DNA from: an uncultured Verrucomicrobiae bacterium
Lineage (GTDB): Bacteria > Verrucomicrobiota > Verrucomicrobiia > Chthoniobacterales > JAATET01
Length of the DNA stretch: 64,000 nucleotides
NCBI GenBank assembly: GCA_963719495.1
Contig: CAVRCI010000010.1
Span: 1-64,000 of the forward strand
Direction: 5' to 3'
Positions 19,969 to 29,652 of this stretch are shown piece after piece. The position numbers and the translations under genes were made by a program. Position 1 is the stretch's first letter. Every line of letters begins with the position of its first letter. The notes beneath the pieces are model-generated. The model made no database searches and was not told the DNA's origin. It was given only the letters and a program-made list of their open reading frames with translations.

Positions 19969-20201
19969 TTTATTCCCCTTGGTCCCAGTTATTAGTCATG
20001 AGTTATTAGTTTGTTTCAAGGAGCGGCGGCTTCCAGCCGCCGGGGAGCGCACGCGTCCCCGCGTGCGAGATGCGGCGTCCCGCCGCATCAGCCCAGGCAA
20101 TTCGAGCGAAGCGAGAGAGCCGAAACTCAAGGAGCGGCGATTTGCAATCGCCGACCCAACCCAAAGGCGAAGCCTCAAACCACCATCACCAACGCCCCCC
20201 A

Positions 20202-23200
20202 TCACGCCGCCTCCGGCACCCCAACCCGAATATCCCGCCCGTCCGCCAACCCACGCTCCACCACCTCGGCGTAAGCCTCCGGAATCACCCGCACGAACTT
20301 GGCCACGCTCGCGTCCCAATCGTCCAAAATCCCCCGCGCCTTCGAACTCCGCGTGGATCTCACGTGATTCTCGATCAACCGCCGCACCAACTCCAGATCC
20401 CGCTCCGACTCCAGCGCGCTCGTCCCCACCATCTCCCGATTCACCTTCGAATCGAACGTCCCATCTTCATCGAAGACAAACGCCTCCCCACCACTCATCC
20501 CCGCGCCGAAATTCTTCCCCGTCGCTCCCAGAATCACCACCGCCCCACCCGTCATGTATTCGCAAGCGTGATCCCCCACGCCCTCCACCACCGCGATGGC
20601 CCGCGAATTCCGCACCGCAAACCGTTCCCCAGCCTGACCGTTAAAATAAGCCTCCCCGCCCGTCGCACCATAAAGCGCCACGTTCCCGATAATCACGTTC
20701 TCCGAAGCCACGAATCCCGCATCCCGCGAAGTCCGCACCGTAATCCGCCCCCCGCTCAATCCCTTGCCAACGTAATCGTTCGCCGCACCTTCCAAGTGAA
20801 TCGTGATCCCCCGCGAAAGAAACGCCCCCAGACTCTGACCCGCCACGCCCTGCAAATTCACCGTGATCGTGTTATCCGGCAAGCCAGCCGCGCCATACTT
20901 CGTCGCCACGAGACCACTTAGCATCGTTCCAAAAGTCCGGTCGCAATTCCCAATCGTCATTTCGATCACCACCGGCGTCCGATCCTCGAGAGCTGGCGCA
21001 GCCGCCGCGATCAGCTTGTGATCCGACTTCTCCTCCAACTTGTGATCCTGCGTCCGCGACCGAAACGGCGTGTCTTCGGAAGGCTGGCGATACAGCAACT
21101 GTTTCAAATCGACGCTCAGCCCCTTCGGATGCGTCACCGCCTTCGGGTGAAGCTTATCGACCCGACCCACCATCTCCCGCATCGTCCGGAACCCCATCGC
21201 CGCCATCAGCTCCCGCGTCTCCTCCGCGATGAACCGCATGTAAGCCATCACGTGATCCGCCTCGCCGGTGAACATTTTCCGCAGCTCCGGATCCTGCGTC
21301 GCAATCCCCACCGAGCAGGTATTGCAATGGCATTTCCTTAGCATCACGCACCCCAGCGCGACCAACGCCGCCGTCCCGAACCCATACTCCTCCGCCCCCA
21401 GCAGCGCCGCCACCGCCACGTCGCGCCCCGTCCGCAGCCCCCCGTCCGTCCGCACCCGAATCCGCGACCGCAAGTTATTAGCCAAGAGCACCTGCTGCGT
21501 CTCGGCCAAGCCAAGCTCCCACATCGCCCCCGTCGACTTGATCGAAGTCTTCACCGCCGCGCCCGTCCCGCCACTGTCGCCCGCGATGAGCACCGCGTCG
21601 GCCTTGGCCTTCGCCACGCCCGCCGCGATCGTCCCGACGTTGGCCACCGACACCAACTTCACGTTGATCTCCGCCTCCGGATTCGCACACTTCAAATCGT
21701 GAATCAACTGCGCCAGATCCTCGATTGAATAGATATCGTGGTGCGGCGGCGGCGAAATCAAGCCAACCCCCGGAGTCGTGAACCGCACCTCCGCGATCAC
21801 GTCATCCACCTTCGGCCCGGGCAATTCCCCGCCCTCCCCCGGCTTCGCGCCCTGAGCCATCTTGATCTCGAGCTGCCGCGCGTTCACCAAGTAATGCGCC
21901 GTCACGCCGAAGCGTCCGCTCGCCACCTGCTTCATCGAATTCTCCCGCTCCGTCCCGAACCGATCCACCTGCTCCCCACCCTCGCCGCTCCCCGACTTCC
22001 CACCGACCCGGTTCATCGCCACGGCCAAAGTCTCGTGCGTCTCCCGGCTCAGCGACCCAAACGACATCGAGCCCGTCGCAAACCGCGTCATGATCGACTC
22101 CACCGACTCGACCTCCTCCAGCGGCACCGAATCGCTCACGTCGAAGTCCAGCATCCCCCGGATCGTCTGCAACCGCTCGTCCTGCGCGTTCACCGCCTCC
22201 GCAAATTCCGCGTAAGCCCGCGCGTCCCCACCCCGCACCGCCGCCTGCAACCGCGCCACCGCGAACGGACTCCACTGGTGCAACTCGCCGTCCCGCCGCC
22301 AATAATATTCCCCACCCTGCTCCAGCCCCAGACTTCCCGCGATCTGCCGGCCAAACGCCGCCTCGTGCCGCTCCCGCAACTCCCGCTCGAACAACTCCAA
22401 CCCCGCCGCCGGCAACTGCGCCGGAGTCCCCTGAAAAAACTCCTCCACCAGCGAAAAATCCAACCCGATCGCCTGAAACACCTGCGCCCCCTTGTAACTC
22501 TCCAAAGTCGAAATTCCCATCTTCGACATCACCTTGAGAATCCCCCCCTCCAGCGCCTTGTGGTATTTGCCGATTAACGCCGGCAGCTCCCCCGCGAGCA
22601 CCACATCCTCCCGCATCTTCGCCAGACTCGCGTCCGCCAACCAAGGATGCACCGCGTCCGCCCCGTATCCAATCAACGTGCAAAAACCATGCACAGCCGC
22701 CGCCTCACCCGTATCGACAATCAACGCCGCCCGAGTCCGCAGACCCTCGCGAATGAGATAGTGATTCAGCCCGCCCACCGCCAGCAAAGCCGGGATCGGC
22801 AACCGTCCCGCCCCCACCGCCCGGTCGGAAAGAATCAAAATCTCGAACCCCTCGCCGATCGCCCCAGCCGCCGCCGCCCGCAGGTCCTCCACCGCCCGCT
22901 CGAGCGCCGTCCCGGCCTCGAACGTCAGATCCAAAGTCGTCGCCCGGATCCCGTTCCGATCCATCCCGGCAATCGCCGCCAGCTCCTCCGCCGTCAAAAA
23001 CGGCGACCGCAACCAAAGCTGCCGACAATGCTCCGCCGTCTCGCCGAGAAGGTTCCTCTGACGCCCCACGTGACTCTCCAAAGAAGTCACGAGATCTTCT
23101 CGCATGAAATCCAAAGGCGGATTCGAAACCTGCGCAAACAACTGCGAAAAATAGGACGAAAGCGGCTTCTGCCGCCCCGAAAGAAACGCCGGAGGCGCAT

Positions 23201-24716
23201 CGTTCCCCATCGCCCCGATCGGATCCTTCCCCGACTCCGCCATCGGCTGCACCAAAACGCGAAGCGTCTCGACCGTATACCCAAAGACCCGCTGAAAATC
23301 CTCCACCCGCTCCGCGAGCACCATCTCCCCCTCGCCCCCTCTCGCCCTCACCCCCTCTTCACCAATCCGCACCCGCCCAGCCGCCAACCACTCCCCGTAT
23401 TCCGGCTTCGCCAGCTCAGAGAAAACCTCCTCCTCCGATAAAATCCGCCCCACCGCCGTGTCCGCGACAAAAATCTGCCCCGGCTTCAGCCGCCCGCTCA
23501 CCACGATCTCGCTCTCCGGCGTGTGAAGAACCCCCAGCTCACTCGCCATGATCAACCGCCCCCCCGTCGTCACGCAGTAGCGGCAAGGCCGCAGTCCATT
23601 CCGGTCCAGCGCCGCCGCCACCCGCGTCCCGTCCGTCGCCGCCACCAGCGCCGGCCCGTCCCAGGGTTCGCTGATCGTCGAAAGATAATCGTAAAACGTC
23701 CGCCGAGCCTCCGGCATCGCCGTATCCTTCGACCAAGCCTCCGGAATGAGCAACCGCAGCGCGTGCGGCAAACTCCGCCCTCCCTTCACGAGAAGCTCCA
23801 GCACGTTATCGAACGCCGAAGTATCGCTCCCCTTCGCCTGCACCACCGGCTTCACCAAATCGATCTCGTCACCAAAAACCTCCGACTTCAACGCCGCCTC
23901 CCGCGTCCGCATCCGATTCAAATTCCCCCGCAGCGTGTTGATCTCCCCGTTGTGAACCGCCGCCCGGAACGGATGCGCCAACTGCCACGCCCCCAGCGTG
24001 TTCGTCGAAAACCGCGAGTGCAACAGCACGATCGCCGTCTTCATCCGCGGATCCGACAAGTCCGGAAAATAAGTCCGCATCTGATCACAAGTCAGCAGCC
24101 CTTTGTAAACAACGGTCCGCCGATCCAGCGAACACACGTAAAAAATATCCCGCCCCCAACCGCCGATCCCCGCCCCGGCCACCGCCCGCTCGATCGCCCG
24201 CCGCAGCAAATAAAGCTGCACGTCCAACGTCTCCGCCGCCATCCCCGCCGCCACCGGCGTCACGAAAAATTGCTTCAACCGCGGCTCCGAATCCAACGCC
24301 GCCTTCCCCAACCCCGCCGAATTCGTCGGCACCGGCCGCCACGCGATCAACCGAAACCCCCGCTCCACGGCCACCCGCTCCACGAGCCGCTTCGCCTCGT
24401 CCGCCGTCCAGTAATCCTTCGGAAAAAACGCCATCCCCACCCCGTAAGTCCCCGCCTCACCCAGCCCCGCGACCTCCCCGGCAAAAAACTCGTGCGGCAC
24501 CTGAATCATCACCCCCGCCCCGTCCCCCGTCATCTCCTCCGCCCCCCGCGCCCCCCGGTGGTCGATGTTCACCAGCACATCCAAGGCATCCTCGACCAAC
24601 TCGTGCGAAGCCGTCCCGTCCAACTGAACCAGCACACCCACCCCACAGGCCGCCCGCTCCGCAAACGGATCACAGAGCCCCAACCGATCCCCAAGATTCT
24701 CCACCTTCACACTCAT
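20202..24716 (-). CDS. gltB: Glutamate synthase large subunit
   Basis: ACGVG (N-terminal Cys), HNGEINT, KQVASGRFGV, QGAKPGEGG, C-terminal GXGXG domain; start set at MSVKV. Confidence 0.96.
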   Translation of the reverse strand: MSVKVENLGDRLGLCDPFAERAACGVGVLVQLDGTASHELVEDALDVLVNIDHRGARGAEEMTGDGAGVMIQVPHEFFAGEVAGLGEAGTYGVGMAFFPKDYWTADEAKRLVERVAVERGFRLIAWRPVPTNSAGLGKAALDSEPRLKQFFVTPVAAGMAAETLDVQLYLLRRAIERAVAGAGIGGWGRDIFYVCSLDRRTVVYKGLLTCDQMRTYFPDLSDPRMKTAIVLLHSRFSTNTLGAWQLAHPFRAAVHNGEINTLRGNLNRMRTREAALKSEVFGDEIDLVKPVVQAKGSDTSAFDNVLELLVKGGRSLPHALRLLIPEAWSKDTAMPEARRTFYDYLSTISEPWDGPALVAATDGTRVAAALDRNGLRPCRYCVTTGGRLIMASELGVLHTPESEIVVSGRLKPGQIFVADTAVGRILSEEEVFSELAKPEYGEWLAAGRVRIGEEGVRARGGEGEMVLAERVEDFQRVFGYTVETLRVLVQPMAESGKDPIGAMGNDAPPAFLSGRQKPLSSYFSQLFAQVSNPPLDFMREDLVTSLESHVGRQRNLLGETAEHCRQLWLRSPFLTAEELAAIAGMDRNGIRATTLDLTFEAGTALERAVEDLRAAAAGAIGEGFEILILSDRAVGAGRLPIPALLAVGGLNHYLIREGLRTRAALIVDTGEAAAVHGFCTLIGYGADAVHPWLADASLAKMREDVVLAGELPALIGKYHKALEGGILKVMSKMGISTLESYKGAQVFQAIGLDFSLVEEFFQGTPAQLPAAGLELFERELRERHEAAFGRQIAGSLGLEQGGEYYWRRDGELHQWSPFAVARLQAAVRGGDARAYAEFAEAVNAQDERLQTIRGMLDFDVSDSVPLEEVESVESIMTRFATGSMSFGSLSRETHETLAVAMNRVGGKSGSGEGGEQVDRFGTERENSMKQVASGRFGVTAHYLVNARQLEIKMAQGAKPGEGGELPGPKVDDVIAEVRFTTPGVGLISPPPHHDIYSIEDLAQLIHDLKCANPEAEINVKLVSVANVGTIAAGVAKAKADAVLIAGDSGGTGAAVKTSIKSTGAMWELGLAETQQVLLANNLRSRIRVRTDGGLRTGRDVAVAALLGAEEYGFGTAALVALGCVMLRKCHCNTCSVGIATQDPELRKMFTGEADHVMAYMRFIAEETRELMAAMGFRTMREMVGRVDKLHPKAVTHPKGLSVDLKQLLYRQPSEDTPFRSRTQDHKLEEKSDHKLIAAAAPALEDRTPVVIEMTIGNCDRTFGTMLSGLVATKYGAAGLPDNTITVNLQGVAGQSLGAFLSRGITIHLEGAANDYVGKGLSGGRITVRTSRDAGFVASENVIIGNVALYGATGGEAYFNGQAGERFAVRNSRAIAVVEGVGDHACEYMTGGAVVILGATGKNFGAGMSGGEAFVFDEDGTFDSKVNREMVGTSALESERDLELVRRLIENHVRSTRSSKARGILDDWDASVAKFVRVIPEAYAEVVERGLADGRDIRVGVPEAA

Positions 24717-24974
24717 AAACAACGAACGTCGAAAAACAACGGAAGCGATTTCCGTTCCAAGCCCCCCATTACAAAACTCCGATGCGGCCGCATCAAAGTT
24801 TTGCAAGCTACCAGCGGTTAACTGCCCCGTGGCATCGGCTTCCAGCCGATTACCCACCCAAACGCGCAGCGCACTCCCATCACCCCCCAAAGGGTGCAGG
24901 ACAAAAATCTCTGAAAAAGCATTTAAGCGAGGTATTTTTACTGCCAAAGTATATGCGTTTACATATACGTTTGA

Positions 24975-25316
24975 TTGATGAACCCAAATACCGCACCTCG
25001 TGCCATCCTTGATCAAATCGCGGCCATCGACCGCATGGAGCGAGGAAAGCTCTCGGTGATCCGTCAAGGCCAGAGCGGATCTTACTTCAATCTCCAGCGT
25101 AGGGAGGGTGGGCGAAACGTGACCGAATACGTCCCGGCCGATCAGGTGGCCCAAGCCCAGGAGAACATTGATGCCCATCATCGCTTCCAGTCTCTTGTCG
25201 GCGAGTATGCGGACTTGATCACCGCGCAGAGCAGGCAGGATCGCAAGGCCGGGGCTAAAAAAAAACGCCCGACCCAAACATCTGCCTCGCCCAGGAAGCG
25301 GAAATCCAAGACCTGA
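24975..25316 (+). CDS. IS orfA; probable N-terminal part of a frameshift-fused transposase
   Basis: ORF inside the IS with an A9 run at 25257-25265 near its end; start may be ATG 24978. Confidence 0.75.
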   Translation: MMNPNTAPRAILDQIAAIDRMERGKLSVIRQGQSGSYFNLQRREGGRNVTEYVPADQVAQAQENIDAHHRFQSLVGEYADLITAQSRQDRKAGAKKKRPTQTSASPRKRKSKT

Positions 25317-26617
25317 TCGCCGCGTTCCGCAGCAAAGAGCCAGCCGGAACTGCCGTCGCCGAGTTGGAAGTCCTCGTGCGCACAGCCATCTTCAAACCAG
25401 CCAACGAACTGGTGGCCATGCTCCTGCAGCAAGCCGCCGAGCGCATTGACGCGGCCTACCTCCCCAAGCCCGGCGAACAAGCCAAGGGGCGCGAGGTTCT
25501 CATGGTCCAGGGCATGTTCGGCTCCTTCGCGCTGCTGCGCCAATACTACTACCATCCCGGGAAAAAATGCGGCCACTTCCCGGCCGATTCGGCCCTCGGT
25601 CTGGAAGGGGCCTACACCCCCGCCCTGGCCCGGCTCATCTGCTTGGAGGGAGCGGATGAAAGCAGCTTCCAGCAGGCTTGCTTCCACCTCGCGGAAACTG
25701 GCGGCATCTCCGTCTCCGAGCGCCAGATCCAGCGTGTGGTTGGCCGCACGGGCGAGTGCGCCGTGGCGTGGCAAAAACGAGAATCGGCCCCCGGCCCCTG
25801 CGAGGCCAGGATCCTCTACGTCAGCGCGGACGCCACCGGAGTGCCCATGCGCCGGGAAGAGCTCGCTGGCCGCAAAGGCAAAGCCCCCGACGCAAAAGCC
25901 AAAACCCGCATGGCCACGCTCGGTTGCGTCTTCACCCAGACCAAAGAAGATGACCAAGGTCGCCCCCTGCGCGACCACGACTCCACCACCTACCTCTCCG
26001 CCTTCCAGAGCCCCTCGGACTTTGGAATCAGCCTGCGTCGCGAGGCCATTCGGCGCGGCTTGTTCTCGGCCCCGGAAACCGTCCTGCTCATCGACGGAGC
26101 CCCCGGCTTGGAAAAGCTCGGGCACGATTACTTTCCGGATGCCGTCCAAATCGTGGACTTCTTCCACGCCATGGAGCACCTGCAGACCCTGATCGAAACC
26201 CTCTGGGGCAAAGCAGAGCAGGCCCGCAACAAGCGCCGCAGACATCACTGGAAAAAACTCCTCGCTCACGACGGGGTCGAGCGCATCATCAAGCAGGCGC
26301 GCCAGGAAGCCCTCCTTCGCGGCAATGTGGCACAGGTGGAAACCACTTTGGGCTACTTCGTGAACAACATCCCGCGCATGCAATACGGAACCTTCCGGGC
26401 CAGAAAATACTTCATCGGCTCCGGAGTCGTCGAAGCCGGCTGCCGCTCACTCATCGGAAAGCGATGCAAGCAATCGGGCATGTTCTGGGGCGAGCCTGGC
26501 GCGGACAAAGTCCTCGCCTTCCGCTGCATCCATGCCAGCCGCAGAACGGACTCGTTCTGGAAATACCGCCTCAACTCACGCGCCGCTGAGAACGACACGC
26601 TCCCCCTCGCCGCATGA
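25259..26617 (+). CDS. ISKra4-like DDE transposase (orfB, -1 frame)
   Basis: YVSADATGVP, LLIDGAPG, IVDFFHAMEHL, IGSGVVEAGC..IGKRCKQSGMFW; frame open from 25259. Confidence 0.9.
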   Translation, partial: KKTPDPNICLAQEAEIQDLIAAFRSKEPAGTAVAELEVLVRTAIFKPANELVAMLLQQAAERIDAAYLPKPGEQAKGREVLMVQGMFGSFALLRQYYYHPGKKCGHFPADSALGLEGAYTPALARLICLEGADESSFQQACFHLAETGGISVSERQIQRVVGRTGECAVAWQKRESAPGPCEARILYVSADATGVPMRREELAGRKGKAPDAKAKTRMATLGCVFTQTKEDDQGRPLRDHDSTTYLSAFQSPSDFGISLRREAIRRGLFSAPETVLLIDGAPGLEKLGHDYFPDAVQIVDFFHAMEHLQTLIETLWGKAEQARNKRRRHHWKKLLAHDGVERIIKQARQEALLRGNVAQVETTLGYFVNNIPRMQYGTFRARKYFIGSGVVEAGCRSLIGKRCKQSGMFWGEPGADKVLAFRCIHASRRTDSFWKYRLNSRAAENDTLPLAA

Positions 26618-26666
26618 TTTGAAGAATTTTGTCCTGCACCCCCCCAAAAAAGCCCCACATTCCCCG

Positions 26667-26695
26667 TTGACACCCACCCCCACCCGTGGTTTCCT
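26667..26695 (+). promoter_or_regulatory. Putative sigma70 promoter of rplM-rpsI
   Basis: Perfect TTGACA, 17-nt spacer, weak -10 TTTCCT preceded by TG. Confidence 0.45.
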
Positions 26696-26708
26696 CCACT
26701 CCCTTTTC

Positions 26709-27137
26709 ATGAAGACCTTCTCCGCAAAAAAAGAGCAAATCGAACGCGCCTGGTGGGTCATCGATGCGCGCGACCAAATGCTCGGCCACGTCGCGGTCAA
26801 AGCCGCAAAGCTCCTTCGCGGTAAACACAAAGCCATTTTCACACCCCACGTCGACACCGGCGATTTCGTCGTCGTGATCAACGCCGACCAGGTCAAGGTC
26901 GGCGGCAAGAAAGACATCCAGAAGACCTACCACAGCTTCTCCGGCTACGTCGGCGGTCACAAGTCCGAGACCTTCCGCGCCCGCAAGGAGCGCAAGCCCG
27001 AACTCCTCGTCGAGCGCGCCGTCAAGGGAATGATCCCCCACAACCGCCTGGGTTCCGACATCTACCGCAAGCTCAAGGTCTACAGCGGCACCGACCACCC
27101 GCACACCGCGCAAAATCCGCAGACCGCCACCATCTAA
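26709..27137 (+). CDS. rplM: 50S ribosomal protein L13
   Basis: WWVIDA, LRGKHKAIFTPHVDTGDFVVVINA. Confidence 0.98.
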   Translation: MKTFSAKKEQIERAWWVIDARDQMLGHVAVKAAKLLRGKHKAIFTPHVDTGDFVVVINADQVKVGGKKDIQKTYHSFSGYVGGHKSETFRARKERKPELLVERAVKGMIPHNRLGSDIYRKLKVYSGTDHPHTAQNPQTATI

Positions 27138-27144
27138 TACCTGA

Positions 27145-27540
27145 ATGAGCGCCACCACCGAATATCTCGCCACCGGGCGTCGCAAGACTTCCATCGCCAA
27201 GCTCCGCGCCGTCCCCGGCACCGGTGAAATCAAGGTCAACGATCACGATTTCATCGAATACTTTCCGAGCCTCTCGACGCAAAACGAGATCCTTCGTCCC
27301 CTCGAGCTCGCCAACCGCGTCCACGCCTTCGACCTCCACGTGAAGACCCAGGGCGGCGGCATCAACGGCCAAGCCGGCGCGCTCCGCCTCGCCATCTCCC
27401 GAGTCCTCGTCGAAGTCGACCCGGAACTCCGCCTCATTCTCAAGAAAGAAGGCCTCCTCACCCGCGACCCGCGGATGAAAGAGCGTAAGAAGCCCGGCCA
27501 GCCCGGCGCTCGTAAACGCTTTCAGTTCTCGAAGCGTTAA
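27145..27540 (+). CDS. rpsI: 30S ribosomal protein S9
   Basis: TGRRK, GGG..GQAGA, ERKKPG..ARKRFQFSKR. Confidence 0.98.
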   Translation: MSATTEYLATGRRKTSIAKLRAVPGTGEIKVNDHDFIEYFPSLSTQNEILRPLELANRVHAFDLHVKTQGGGINGQAGALRLAISRVLVEVDPELRLILKKEGLLTRDPRMKERKKPGQPGARKRFQFSKR

Positions 27541-27564
27541 ACAATTTCCCTCGAGTAAAACCGA

Positions 27565-27604
27565 AAAATCCGGCCGGTCGCCAAAACGACCGACCGGATT
27601 TTTT
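27565..27604 (+). terminator. Intrinsic terminator after rpsI
   Basis: aatccggccggtcg / cgaccgaccggatt stem followed by a T-run. Confidence 0.8.
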
Positions 27605-28101
27605 CGTTAAACCGGTAGGGAAGCCGCGCCGCCGGGCTCCCAACCGTCAGTTAGGGGGAGCGCACGCGTCCCCGCGTGCGAGCTGCGGCGTCCCGCCGCA
27701 GCACCCGGCAAATCGAGCAAAGCGAGAGAGCCGGGCAGCGATTCAAGGAGCGGCGGCTTCCAGCCGCCGAATTCGACCAACCAAATGTCTTGGCGAGGAC
27801 AACGAACGCGCAAGCGCGTCAAGAAGCCGGGGATGACAGGGCAGTGCCAGCCGACCCCATCTGGCATTCGGAGGGCAGCCGGAGCGAAGCGGAGACAGTC
27901 GGGATACTTCCGACAACGCTCCTGCCGAGCCGTGGCCTTCACGTTTGACGCCGCCTCACCTGAAGCGATGTCGATGGCAGCGAAAGCGAAACATCTCTGA
28001 TTTCTCATCTCACCGACATCTATTCGGCAGGATTCCCGTGAAAGCCACGGCTCGCCATCCACCATCCACCATTCACCATTCACAAATCACCATTCACCAA
28101 C

Positions 28102-29652
28102 TCAAAAACGCCCCTCGAACCACTCCGAAAACGTCTCCGCCGCCGCGTGTGAATTCAACACCGGGATCCCCCCCAACGCGCGCACCCGATCGCCATCGCG
28201 CTCCTCGAACGTCCGCACCAGCACCTTCGTCTCCCCCGCCGCGTAGGCCAGAATTTTCTCCGCGTCCGCCATCCGTCGCACGTTCGCCAGCACGATCTTC
28301 GCGTTCCGCGCCCCCGCCCGCCGCAACACGTCCGCATCCGACCCGTCACCCCGCACGCACCGCACCCCGCTCCGCGCCAACTGCTCCACCACCGAAGGAT
28401 CGTCGTCGATCACCACCACCGTATTCCCCGCCTCCAGCAGAGGATTGAGCGTCCACATCCCCCCCGACCCAAACCCGATCATGAGAACATGATCCCGGAA
28501 GTCCGCCCGCACCTCCAGCCGCCGCCGCCCCGGGTGCAGCCCCAGCAGTTTCCAGGTGATCGAGTCCGTCGCGATAAAAGGAGTCACCGTCATCGTCGCC
28601 ACGGTTATCAACGCAATCACCGAAAACGTCTCCTTGTCCAAATGCCCCGTCTGCAAACCCACCAGCGCCAGCACCATCGAGAATTCACTCGTCTGCGCCA
28701 GCAGCAACCCACTCTCGATCGAGGCCCGCGCCGACAGCCCCGTCCACTCCGCCACGATCGTCACCACCGGCGGCGTCACCACGATCACCACCATCGCCAG
28801 AGCCAACCCCTTCAACAACAGATCCAGATCCGGCACGATCACCGCCGCCCCCAAGGTCGTGAAAAACAGCGCGAGGAAGAAATCGTTCAGCGACCCCAGC
28901 AACCCCCGCACCACCCCATTCACGGGAGTCCCCGACAGCAGAATCCCCGCAAAAAACGCCCCCGCGATCGAAGGAATCCCGATCCAGTAAGCCAGCCCAA
29001 CGAACGCAAACAGCACCGACAAAAACGCCAGCAACAACGTCTCCTCGTCCAACTTCAACCGCTCGAACAACCGCGGCACCACCCGCCGTTGGAGAAAGAT
29101 CGCCAGAAAGCCCATCCCCGCCGTCGCCGCCACCTTGAGCGCCGCCCAGCCCGCCCCGTCGTCCACCGTCGAAAGCACCGTGATCACCCCGATCACCAAC
29201 GCATCCTGCAGAAAAAGCACGCCGATCACCAACCGCCCGAACGGCTCGAACATCTGCTGGTGCTGCTTCAAATGCCGCAGCGCCACCAGCGTCGAACTCG
29301 CCGCCAACGAAAACGCCAGGTAGATCGACGTCATCTGCTCGAAACCCAGGAACCCCGCCATCAGGTAAGCGGCGATCCCCAACACCCCAAACTGAATCAC
29401 CCCCACCCACGGCACCGCGTGCCGCTGAGGCAGAAACCGAGCCGGATTCAGCTCCACCCCCGACGAAAACACCAGGAACGCCAACCCCAACGCCAGAATG
29501 TCGCGCAACTGCGCTCCACCCAGCAGCGGACTCGCAAAAAAGCTGAGCAGCACCCCTCCCACCATCAGCAACGGAATCGCCGGCAGCCGGAACCGCAGCG
29601 CAATCCCAACCCCCAACGAGGCCACCAGCAGAAGCAGAGCCAGACCCGTCAC
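28102..29652 (-). CDS. CPA2 cation:proton antiporter with TrkA_N domain
   Basis: LFLQD, QTSEFS, many TMs, IGFGSGG Rossmann-like motif. Confidence 0.9.
   Translation of the reverse strand: MTGLALLLLVASLGVGIALRFRLPAIPLLMVGGVLLSFFASPLLGGAQLRDILALGLAFLVFSSGVELNPARFLPQRHAVPWVGVIQFGVLGIAAYLMAGFLGFEQMTSIYLAFSLAASSTLVALRHLKQHQQMFEPFGRLVIGVLFLQDALVIGVITVLSTVDDGAGWAALKVAATAGMGFLAIFLQRRVVPRLFERLKLDEETLLLAFLSVLFAFVGLAYWIGIPSIAGAFFAGILLSGTPVNGVVRGLLGSLNDFFLALFFTTLGAAVIVPDLDLLLKGLALAMVVIVVTPPVVTIVAEWTGLSARASIESGLLLAQTSEFSMVLALVGLQTGHLDKETFSVIALITVATMTVTPFIATDSITWKLLGLHPGRRRLEVRADFRDHVLMIGFGSGGMWTLNPLLEAGNTVVVIDDDPSVVEQLARSGVRCVRGDGSDADVLRRAGARNAKIVLANVRRMADAEKILAYAAGETKVLVRTFEERDGDRVRALGGIPVLNSHAAAETFSEWFEGRF

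Larger units (their letters stand above)
24892..26641 (+). mobile_element. Insertion sequence, ISKra4-like (prokaryotic mutator-like DDE), 1750 bp
   Basis: Terminal IRs GGGTGCAGGACAAAA (15/15); CCCCAAA direct repeat at 24885-24891 and 26642-26648. Confidence 0.9.

Noticed and set aside
24717..25277. 187-aa N-terminal extension of GltB in the ORF track
   Set aside because: It is read-through across repeats and the antisense IS end; the start at 24716 fits the position of the catalytic Cys.
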